Virus record (IMG/VR): IMGVR_UViG_3300033076_001609
Coordinates: 1 to 44,823 of that record
Length of the DNA stretch: 44,823 bases
Direction: 5' to 3' (one strand)
Source: a virus
Lineage: Duplodnaviria > Caudoviricetes
Positions within the stretch are counted from its first letter, which is position 1. The number at the start of each line of letters is the position of its first letter. The notes under the pieces are model-generated. The model was not told where the DNA came from. It made no database searches and saw nothing but the letters and a program-made list of their open reading frames with translations. This document shows, piece by piece, positions 17,279-25,201 of the stretch. The position numbers were made by a program, and so were the translations under genes.

Positions 17279-18307
17279 ATGATTTTTCTCAAAAACATTC
17301 TCGGAGTTACGCAACCAAATCGCTCAGTTGCCGCAAAACTTTTGAAGCTACCGATTGCTGCTGATAACACGGCGAGTGTAGGATCGCGTGACAATATCGT
17401 TGAATTTGCGGCACGTGTTTGTTATGCTTCAGAGGCTAACCTAGGAACATCTCCAACTTTCATCGGAGATTGTGTCAGACGCGGACATGACGATATCATT
17501 GAACATTTTTGGCTTGCGGCAGAATTTCAACTCGGCTTTCATACCGATATTTATCGTATTATGTATATGATTCAAAGCAACTTCCCTTGGTCTAGAATGC
17601 GCTTTGATACGGTAGCTGGTGGTGAAAAATCTCTCACCATCAGTGCAAACGGCAGGGTCTGGAGGCAGATGATTCCGTTTCTGGAAAACACACTCGGCAT
17701 CAAAACTGCAAGCTTGCTGAGATTTTGTGCACCTCAATCTTTGGGTATTTCAAATTTCGTTACCGGTGCATATATAGACTATCTTCCACTTGGTTTTACC
17801 ATTGAATCTGAAAGCCAAATGTCTCTCACCGGGCAAAATGTAACGCTACTTGGCGCAATGCCAACTGTCGGCATGACGAACTTTTCGGCTGCAACTTTTC
17901 TCATCGAAAACATGAGTCGTGCCGCCGCCAATCAATTCACTCGCCATCGAACACTAAGTTTTAGCCAAGAGTCGCAACGTTATGTTGATATTGAAAAAAG
18001 CGCTGGCGGCGTTTTAGTTCCCGAATCAATTTCATCTCACGATCTTTTATGCAATGATTTTTTGGAACATTGGAACGCAACGCAAAAACTTTATCGAAAG
18101 TTTCGCGACGCCGGAATTCGCAAGGAAGATGCTAGAGCTCTGCTTCCTCAATCTTTTGCTACGCGTTTTGTCGTAAGCGGAAGTCAGGAAGGATGGTCGA
18201 ATTTTTTCAAATTAAGGCTCCATAAGAGCGCCCAAGCCGAGATCCGTTGTACAGCTGAAGTGATGTATGATATGATTAAATCATATATGAATGTCGATCT
18301 CGACTAA
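17279..18307 (+). CDS. thyX: Flavin-dependent thymidylate synthase (extended)
   Basis: AARVCY, GHDDIIEH, RHRTLSFSQESQRY, EDARALLP and RLHKSAQAEIR. Confidence 0.95.
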   Translation: MIFLKNILGVTQPNRSVAAKLLKLPIAADNTASVGSRDNIVEFAARVCYASEANLGTSPTFIGDCVRRGHDDIIEHFWLAAEFQLGFHTDIYRIMYMIQSNFPWSRMRFDTVAGGEKSLTISANGRVWRQMIPFLENTLGIKTASLLRFCAPQSLGISNFVTGAYIDYLPLGFTIESESQMSLTGQNVTLLGAMPTVGMTNFSAATFLIENMSRAAANQFTRHRTLSFSQESQRYVDIEKSAGGVLVPESISSHDLLCNDFLEHWNATQKLYRKFRDAGIRKEDARALLPQSFATRFVVSGSQEGWSNFFKLRLHKSAQAEIRCTAEVMYDMIKSYMNVDLD

Positions 18308-18326
18308 GTTCGCCTTAAGCTAGTTC

Positions 18327-18360
18327 AAGGCCAGAGCGCCCGTAACGAGCTGGCCTTTAT
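18327..18360 (+). terminator. Hairpin after thyX
   Basis: AAGGCCAG...CTGGCCTT followed by TAT. Confidence 0.45.
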
Positions 18361-18399
18361 ACATCAAATTAAACACAAGAAGAAAGGAGAAAGCAAATC

Positions 18400-19035
18400 A
18401 TGAACGAAAACTATTTTGCGATTGAAGGAGTAGATGGGTCTGGTAAAAGCACTCAAATTGAGGCCGTTTACAAAAAACTTTTGAAAACGTGCAAAATCGT
18501 AAAAACAAGAGAGCCAGGCGGGACGCAATGGGGGCAAAAACTTCGTGAATTGATGCTCAATAACGGCACTAACAACGAAATTGCTCTCGCATTGGCAATG
18601 TTCAGCGACCGTGTTGAAACAGCCCAATCTATTGTCAAGCCGGCACTCGCCGATGGGGCAATTGTTCTTACAGATCGCTGTTGGCTGTCAACTCTCGCTT
18701 ACCAAGGAATTTCACCAATGCGTTATGCTGCAATCGAAAATATTTTTCGCAGCCTTTCGCCATTTATCTGTGAGCCGTCTTACATTTTTCTACTTGACGT
18801 TCCGGTCGATGTTGCCATGGGCTATTCAAAAAAGCGAGATGTTTTCGAACGCTCTGGCACTGGTTTTTATAATGGAGTTCGAACTCGATATCTTGAAATT
18901 GCTGAGGCGATGCCTGACAATATTTTTGTAATCGACGGTATGAAACCGGAAGTTGAAATCACAAGCTTCATTTACAACAAAATTCTCGACTTACGCAGCA
19001 AACCATTAGAACCATATAAGCAAAAACAAAATTAA
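18400..19035 (+). CDS. tmk: Thymidylate kinase
   Basis: IEGVDGSGKSTQ, TREPGGT, DR and STLAYQG. Confidence 0.95.
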   Translation: MNENYFAIEGVDGSGKSTQIEAVYKKLLKTCKIVKTREPGGTQWGQKLRELMLNNGTNNEIALALAMFSDRVETAQSIVKPALADGAIVLTDRCWLSTLAYQGISPMRYAAIENIFRSLSPFICEPSYIFLLDVPVDVAMGYSKKRDVFERSGTGFYNGVRTRYLEIAEAMPDNIFVIDGMKPEVEITSFIYNKILDLRSKPLEPYKQKQN

Positions 19036-19051
19036 AAAGGAGAAATGAAAA

Positions 19052-19663
19052 ATGAGAGTTGTATCAATTGATATTGAAACTACAGGGCTAGAACCTGATA
19101 CACATTCTATCATTCAAGTCGGAGCATGTATCGTCGATTTAATGTCGCCGTTTGATCGAAAGGCTTGTCCTCAAATCCTGATTAACGTTTGGCAGGAAGA
19201 TGCTGTTTGGTCAGCTTGGGGTGTTCGCATGAATCACGAAATCATGACCGCAATGATCAATTCTCGACTTGGTTTAAACGGATCAAAGATGATTCCGTTA
19301 AATGAAGTGAAATTGCCGGCCGGAGAAATGTTGCTTGCCCCTGATGAAGTAGCTGGCGAATTTCGCTATTGGCTTTCATCGCATGACATTCCAACTAATA
19401 AGGGCATCACTGTTACTGGTAAAAACTTTTCCGCTTTTGATCTTCAATTTTTGAATCGGCTTCCGAATTGGTCTAACAACGTTTATACAAATTATCGAGC
19501 AATTGATGTAGGTTCACACTTTTGGATGCCTGGCGATCCAAAATTGCCGAATCTGCAAGAATGTGTAGATCGAGCTGGTTTAAAGTACGTAATTTCGCAC
19601 ACTGCACTGGATGATGCCCTCGTTGTCGGTGAGCTTACACACATGATTATGAGCAAAAAGTAG
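19052..19663 (+). CDS. DEDDh 3'-5' exonuclease (DnaQ/oligoribonuclease-like)
   Basis: IDIETTG, AFDLQFL and HTALDDA. Confidence 0.9.
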   Translation: MRVVSIDIETTGLEPDTHSIIQVGACIVDLMSPFDRKACPQILINVWQEDAVWSAWGVRMNHEIMTAMINSRLGLNGSKMIPLNEVKLPAGEMLLAPDEVAGEFRYWLSSHDIPTNKGITVTGKNFSAFDLQFLNRLPNWSNNVYTNYRAIDVGSHFWMPGDPKLPNLQECVDRAGLKYVISHTALDDALVVGELTHMIMSKK

Positions 19664-19673
19664 GAGATAAACA

Positions 19674-19856
19674 ATGGGCGGCTTTAAGTTTATGGCCGCT
19701 TTCGCATTCCTTTTTGGCTTTGTTCTTCGTTTTCTAATCGGAGATATGGCGAGCGTTTTCGGTCAAACATTCGTCATATTTGATTTTTCAATTGCATCAA
19801 AATTAGCAGTGATGGTTGCTACATCACTATTTCTCGGTTGGTTGGCGAGAGGTTAG
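19674..19856 (+). CDS. Small two-TM membrane protein
   Basis: AGGAG RBS; 60 aa, almost entirely hydrophobic. Confidence 0.6.
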   Translation: MGGFKFMAAFAFLFGFVLRFLIGDMASVFGQTFVIFDFSIASKLAVMVATSLFLGWLARG

Positions 19857-19863
19857 AAAGAAT

Positions 19864-20394
19864 ATGTCGAGCGGCGCAAAACACTTGAAAATTTCTACAA
19901 CACTTGCTGTTCCACTTGGGGCGGCGAGTGTTGTTTTGTGTTCAGATTATGAAGTGAATGCTGCCTTTATCGGAGGTTTGATTTGGGCGACGTTTGTAAC
20001 GCCAGATCTCGACATTGATGGTGGAAACATAACTCTTGCAAAAATTCGCCGAGTAAGTCGACCTCTCGCATTCGCCTGGAGAATCATTACATGGCCGTAT
20101 GGAAAACTATTCAATCATCGCGGCTCATCTCACACTCCAGTTTGGGGTACAGCAGTTCGTATCGCATATTTTTCTTTACTGCCAGCTCTTTTGCTTTGGT
20201 ATTTTTATGATATTACATTTGATTTCCAATCTTCCAGGCAGCTCCAACTTCTAACCTCATTTTTCATTGCGGCATCAATCATCGATATCGGACACATCGT
20301 TACCGATTATGTTTCAACTTTTTGGAAAAAGTTCTGGTCGCGCCGTGCCAGGCGCCAATCATTAAAACCTCTCCCGCAGAGAAAAAGTTTGTAA
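19864..20394 (+). CDS. DUF2227-like membrane metal-binding hydrolase
   Basis: MSSGAKH, TPDLD, WPY...HRGSSHTPVWGT..R and GHIVTD, with TM helices. Confidence 0.8.
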   Translation: MSSGAKHLKISTTLAVPLGAASVVLCSDYEVNAAFIGGLIWATFVTPDLDIDGGNITLAKIRRVSRPLAFAWRIITWPYGKLFNHRGSSHTPVWGTAVRIAYFSLLPALLLWYFYDITFDFQSSRQLQLLTSFFIAASIIDIGHIVTDYVSTFWKKFWSRRARRQSLKPLPQRKSL

Positions 20395-20549
20395 AATAGA
20401 ATTTTTTGAATTTTAGCTATATAAACTAGCATTGAGAAATCGTTTCTCGCTTGCACTAAAAAAACATCGTGGGAGCGCTCTTGTACCAGATACAAATTCT
20501 CCCCACAGCGGGAGAGTTTCAGCCCAGAATCGGTTTTAGGGCGTCGATA

Positions 20550-20645
20550 ACCACCAAATTCGCCTGGGAGTCAATGCACGATCCTCTAGGGTGAGTAGTT
20601 TAAAAACTCGCTGTGTACATTTTTCAAAAAATATGATAGAATAGA
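20550..20645 (+). promoter_or_regulatory. Copy C of the 96-bp hairpin-plus-promoter cassette
   Basis: TGTACA (20614-20619)-17-TAGAAT (20637-20642). Confidence 0.85.
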
Positions 20646-20676
20646 TTCATATTTAAATTCTGAAAGGAGGTTTAAC

Positions 20677-20772
20677 ATGTTATACACTGAGGAAGAAATT
20701 GCTGAAAACGAAGAGTTGCTTGAAGATATTGATTATGATGTTAACGGCGATGGTACTTCTTCAAATCGATAA
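20677..20772 (+). CDS. 31-aa highly acidic micro-protein
   Basis: AAAGGAGG RBS; MLYTEEEIAENEELLEDIDYDVNGDGTSSNR; below the ORF-track size cutoff. Confidence 0.7.
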   Translation: MLYTEEEIAENEELLEDIDYDVNGDGTSSNR

Positions 20773-20814
20773 TGAAGAAGAAGATTTAATTGATTAGTGA
20801 AAGGATTAAAACAC

Positions 20815-21471
20815 ATGACTTACATCTTAAACCGCTCTAACCGCCAAAATCGAAACACTCGTTACCGACTTATAGTTTTTGCTTTGCTTCTGCTCGCCTT
20901 GCTTGGAGCATTATTTGCCGCCTTCATTACGATTGATGCAAAAGCCGCCGATGGATGCCATTGTGACGTGATTCCAGGGGCTGAACCTCTACCGCCGCCA
21001 ATTGTTGTTGCTGCGTTTGCTGACGGCACCAATGTTCGTCCAACTCACGCTTATACCTTGCCAACTGAAGGTCCGCGCATTAGCTCTAATGATGTTGGAA
21101 GCCTTTTGGTTTTTCCTATTATCGACGTAAATCTTAACAACCAAGTTGATCCGTCTGATGTTGCAGCAAATGATCCTATTTCAAATGTCGTTGTTTTGGT
21201 CGGGTTTGGTGATGTCATCAGTGAAACTCAAATCGTGACTAGCACCTCTGTGTACACGAGTAGTTCGATTGGGCAGATTACCCTTCCACCTCATAAGGGG
21301 TACTATTTTTTCAAAGTTTATGATAACTATAGTGTTGGAACTTGGGACGCTTTTTTTCCTAGCCCGAAAACGGGATTTGTTAAGATCGAATACGTTGCTT
21401 ATCAAAAACCGTATGTAATGCTTCCACAAGTTTCCAATTTTGCGATCTCTAGTGGCGAGTTTCCTGATTAA
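20815..21471 (+). CDS. Secreted / surface protein
   Basis: Basic N-region plus hydrophobic helix and AKA cleavage site; C-terminal YVMLPQVS motif. Confidence 0.75.
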   Translation: MTYILNRSNRQNRNTRYRLIVFALLLLALLGALFAAFITIDAKAADGCHCDVIPGAEPLPPPIVVAAFADGTNVRPTHAYTLPTEGPRISSNDVGSLLVFPIIDVNLNNQVDPSDVAANDPISNVVVLVGFGDVISETQIVTSTSVYTSSSIGQITLPPHKGYYFFKVYDNYSVGTWDAFFPSPKTGFVKIEYVAYQKPYVMLPQVSNFAISSGEFPD

Positions 21472-21507
21472 TTATACCGCTATTACAACTCATAAACATT
21501 AAAATAG

Positions 21508-21549
21508 AAAAATCTCCAACATTCAACGACGATTGTTGGAGATTTTTTT
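21508..21549 (+). terminator. Rho-independent terminator (possibly bidirectional)
   Basis: AAAAATCTCCAACA...TGTTGGAGATTTTTTT. Confidence 0.8.
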
Positions 21550-21577
21550 GCTTGTTTGAGTTTGATGAATGATAGAT

Positions 21578-21606
21578 TGTACAAAGTTCTCACCATAGCT
21601 TATAAT
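21578..21606 (+). promoter_or_regulatory. Sigma70-type promoter
   Basis: TGTACA-17-TATAAT. Confidence 0.65.
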
Positions 21607-21648
21607 TTTTATACAAATGTTGAAACTTTAGTCAAAGGAGAAAAAAAT

Positions 21649-21876
21649 ATGGATCAAAATCAAGCTAATGAAGAGAATACGATACTGGAAAGCCCTCTTC
21701 TTTCAGATTTGCCGCGCTTAAAGCGTGAACTTGAAAAAAATCTCGTAAAACTCTTATCCGAATTTATCAATACGACTGGACTTGAAGTTCTCAGGATTGA
21801 TATAGAACATTTTCGTCCGATTGGACTTGAACAACATAGCTTTCAACGAATTTCTGTTGTAGTTGGTATGGAGTAA
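21649..21876 (+). CDS. Hypothetical protein
   Basis: AAAGGAG RBS before MDQNQ; 75 aa. Confidence 0.7.
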   Translation: MDQNQANEENTILESPLLSDLPRLKRELEKNLVKLLSEFINTTGLEVLRIDIEHFRPIGLEQHSFQRISVVVGME

Positions 21877-21884
21877 GTGCGATC

Positions 21885-22385
21885 ATGTCAAAAAATTTAA
21901 CAAAACTATCAATCAAAAAAGTTCGAGAAATAGCCGGTGGTTGCACTGATTGCATTCTAAAAAATAGAGTTCGAGCTGAGCCCCTTATCTCAACGAAAAT
22001 TTTCAACAATGTGATTCTCATCGTCGGACCGAATTTTGCTGGCGGGCGTGATGAAACACTTAAAAAAATCACCAATTTTTTGGGTGATGATTGGTTTGAA
22101 TCAGGTTGGTACGATTATGTTCAAGCTCAAAAATGCTCAGGCGACGGGGCGATTTCAAATGAAATGTGTTCTCGCCAAACTCAAAATTACGCATTTACGA
22201 GATCGTATTCAGGCTATTTGATAATTGGAAGAGATGCTCATTATCAATTTGACGGAGATATGCCGCCGAATTCAATCAAGAAAACAGTTTCGGGAACTCC
22301 GATACTTTTTATACCGAACGATCCCGAAAAGGTTGATTTTTCTGTTTTGCGAGATTTTATAAATCTTACACTGAAACCTAACTAA
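21885..22385 (+). CDS. Second degenerate UDG-family-4-fold protein (4 Cys)
   Basis: CTDCIL...VILIVGPNF...VQAQKC...EMCSRQ...YLIIGRDA. Confidence 0.55.
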   Translation: MSKNLTKLSIKKVREIAGGCTDCILKNRVRAEPLISTKIFNNVILIVGPNFAGGRDETLKKITNFLGDDWFESGWYDYVQAQKCSGDGAISNEMCSRQTQNYAFTRSYSGYLIIGRDAHYQFDGDMPPNSIKKTVSGTPILFIPNDPEKVDFSVLRDFINLTLKPN

Positions 22386-22387
22386 GC

Positions 22388-22663
22388 TTATGCCTCATTT
22401 TGCCCAATCGTTTGCATGGCATCAGCACCACTAAAATGTTGATGCCGACCAATTAAATCTCGTACAATCATTAACGCGCCGGCGATTTGATCTCGGCGCG
22501 ATTTTTGTCGTTCGAGATCAACGCTGATTTTTGCGATTAACCCGTCGGCATTTTCCAACGCCTTGGCAAGCTTCTCTTCTTCGCTTACGATCATCGGGAA
22601 CATATCAACTGATTTAATTTCAGCAATCTGTCCAACTTCCGGTTGGGGTTTGTTTTCTTTCAT
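22388..22663 (-). CDS. Small coiled-coil hypothetical protein
   Basis: AAAGGAG RBS; heptad-like helix; last gene of the virion arm. Confidence 0.7.
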   Translation of the reverse strand: MKENKPQPEVGQIAEIKSVDMFPMIVSEEEKLAKALENADGLIAKISVDLERQKSRRDQIAGALMIVRDLIGRHQHFSGADAMQTIGQNEA

Positions 22664-22737
22664 ACATTTTCTCCTTTAGCTAAGTTTACAAAAAAAACGA
22701 TGATGCTCCTGTTTAATCACTTTAGCATTATAACACG

Positions 22738-25185
22738 CTAGTTGACCGCGAGCACCCTAACGTTACCGCTTGGCATAACGGCACAAAGCGCCGAATCTGA
22801 TGATCTCAAAAAGACGCGGGCATATCCGCTTGCAGTTACCGGTGTAGATGTTAAGCCAAATTGGGCGAACAAGTCAGTAGTGATTGCGCCTTGAGCGTGA
22901 ATATTGCCGTTTGTTTGAATTTTTGCACCAAAGAGATCACTTAAATTTCCAACCATCAAAGATCCGGCTGATGTGAGTTGAGCTAACACACTACCTGGGG
23001 CAAAAAATCTAAAATTACCTTCTGAGTTATCAATCTCAAGTTGCGTAAAACCGGCATTCTCTAAAATGATACGAGGTGTTCCGCCGAGTACTCCAAGTCG
23101 CACGTTATCTAAACCGCGTGCGCCTTCACTGACGCCAGCAACAACCGTTAAACCACTTGGCGAAGAATAGTTGCCGATTGAGACGTTTCCACTTGTTCCT
23201 GCAATATGAACAATTCCAGTGTTAACATCACCGATGTAAATATTTGATGTAACTTTTCCTCCTCTGATGTATGTTGATTCATCGGAGCTATGATTGAAGT
23301 GAGAAGCATACGTGGTTCCTCTAATTTTGAGTGTTCCTTCTGTGAGAGATCCGCGGTAAATATCGAGTTGGGCGGTTGGCGTCACGTTTCCGGTTCCAGC
23401 TGTGGCGATAGTCATACCGTCCACGACAACGTTGAATTGATCAAAGCTTCCACCAATTGTTCCAAGTTGAACATAACCGTAGTGTTGAATGCCTTCATTA
23501 TAAAACCATCGAGATGTTGCAATCGTTACGTATGCGTTTCGATTGTAGACTGCCGAATTACTGCTGATCGCACGAGAATCAATGATAAGGTGAGAATCAC
23601 GCTGTGTATCCCATGATTGATTATACAAAACGACGCGATTTTGGGTTGAATTTTTTCCGCCGGCCACGCCTCCGTATACCGATCCGAGATCGCTGAAGCT
23701 GTATGATTGATTTGCGTTTACCGACATCGTATAGAAACCGGGATTTAAGCTCCAATCAGCATCACCGATAATTTTCATATCGATGCCGAGAATTGGTTCC
23801 CAGCTGCCGCGAAGGTTACCGGAACCATCGTATTGATTGATTGTTGTGTTTTGGAGAGTGATACCGCTACCCGATGCGACAAGATACTGATTTGCATTAG
23901 CACCGCGTGCATAAATACCCCATTGACCGCTAAAGCCCACGCCGGACAAGTTTCCGGTTCGTGTTCGGACTGTCCGATCATAAATTGGGTGCAAATTCCA
24001 AGTTACAGCCTGAGCATACGGGGCATTTGAGCCGATCGTTCCGCCTGTTACACTTAAGCCATCGATTGCCGTTGTTTCCCAATACCCGTTTCCACTCACG
24101 CCAAAATCTATAACAATTGCCGTGGCTGAAATCACTGAGCCAGCAAAAGCTGTGCCGCCGGCGGCGAACCCGTTGATTAAATTCGATCCCAGCCGTGTGA
24201 ATGTCCAGCTTTGGCGCTTGTTGGCCGAATCAACCGACGGCGATGAAACTGTGCCGAAAACCCAACTAGAAATTAGTGAACCTGGAGTTGTTGCAGAACC
24301 ATTGGTTCGAGTTGTGATTTTGATTCCGATTGTATCACCACTCTGAAAAACAAAAGCATTTGGAAAACCAGGGAAAGCATCAACAGTCATGGTTGTTGAG
24401 AATCCATAGTTTGGTACCGTCATGTCGAGCGATAGCGGCGTTACTGATTTTGTGATTAACTGGCCGCCGTTGAGAGCCATTTCAATGTCTGCAATGAAAG
24501 CTTTAACATGCATCTCATTAGCGAAAATGTATCGACAATCGAGTGCGCCATGATATGTCATGCGATACCCAGTTGTTTGAGATGCAAAATGGTCAGATTG
24601 AAATGATGATGCATAAGAGCCAGATACGGCAATCGATCCTGGACTTGCTGTAAAAATATCGATATTTCCAGATCGAAAATAGAGTGATGTTCCTGGATGG
24701 CAATTCACAAAAGCTCGCCCGTCCGGGCCGTGTAAAAATCCATAACTTGTACCGCTTGCATAATTTCTGTGTGCTAAGCCAATGTATCCCAAGAAACCTA
24801 TGTAGCCAATCACACCTCTGCCAACAACGCCATAAGAATCTTGATCCGGAGAATTGAAACTTAAAAAATTAGCAAAAGTTGGCGTTCCAGTGAAATAGTG
24901 ATTTGCACTCACAGTTTTTGCAATCGACGTATGTACATACGCTGGATGCGGATCACTTAAACCAACATGTGATGTGATTGCAGACGTGATGTCGACAGCT
25001 ACCCATGGTGCTTGAGATCGGTCGAGAACGCCGCTGTGGTGCTCACTAAAAAGATCATGAGGGCTCGGCGCACCGCCGCTCGGTGAATTCCCAGAACCAA
25101 CAGCTCCACTTCCAGAGAAAGCTGAGTTTTGAAGAATCTCCAAAATGTACGGCTCAAGATTTGAAGCGAGAACTGACAACTCCAT
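22738..25185 (-). CDS. Tail fibre / receptor-binding protein
   Basis: 815 aa, G/S/T-rich beta-type repeats, N-terminal H...DPHP.Y fibre motif; distal position in the tail module. Confidence 0.75.
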   Translation of the reverse strand: MELSVLASNLEPYILEILQNSAFSGSGAVGSGNSPSGGAPSPHDLFSEHHSGVLDRSQAPWVAVDITSAITSHVGLSDPHPAYVHTSIAKTVSANHYFTGTPTFANFLSFNSPDQDSYGVVGRGVIGYIGFLGYIGLAHRNYASGTSYGFLHGPDGRAFVNCHPGTSLYFRSGNIDIFTASPGSIAVSGSYASSFQSDHFASQTTGYRMTYHGALDCRYIFANEMHVKAFIADIEMALNGGQLITKSVTPLSLDMTVPNYGFSTTMTVDAFPGFPNAFVFQSGDTIGIKITTRTNGSATTPGSLISSWVFGTVSSPSVDSANKRQSWTFTRLGSNLINGFAAGGTAFAGSVISATAIVIDFGVSGNGYWETTAIDGLSVTGGTIGSNAPYAQAVTWNLHPIYDRTVRTRTGNLSGVGFSGQWGIYARGANANQYLVASGSGITLQNTTINQYDGSGNLRGSWEPILGIDMKIIGDADWSLNPGFYTMSVNANQSYSFSDLGSVYGGVAGGKNSTQNRVVLYNQSWDTQRDSHLIIDSRAISSNSAVYNRNAYVTIATSRWFYNEGIQHYGYVQLGTIGGSFDQFNVVVDGMTIATAGTGNVTPTAQLDIYRGSLTEGTLKIRGTTYASHFNHSSDESTYIRGGKVTSNIYIGDVNTGIVHIAGTSGNVSIGNYSSPSGLTVVAGVSEGARGLDNVRLGVLGGTPRIILENAGFTQLEIDNSEGNFRFFAPGSVLAQLTSAGSLMVGNLSDLFGAKIQTNGNIHAQGAITTDLFAQFGLTSTPVTASGYARVFLRSSDSALCAVMPSGNVRVLAVN

Positions 25186-25201
25186 TTTTTTCTCCTTTCA
25201 A

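Noticed and set aside
20400-20549. tRNA or known ncRNA in the intergenic gap
   Set aside because: No cloverleaf or T-loop (GTTCRA) signature seen; only weak short stems.
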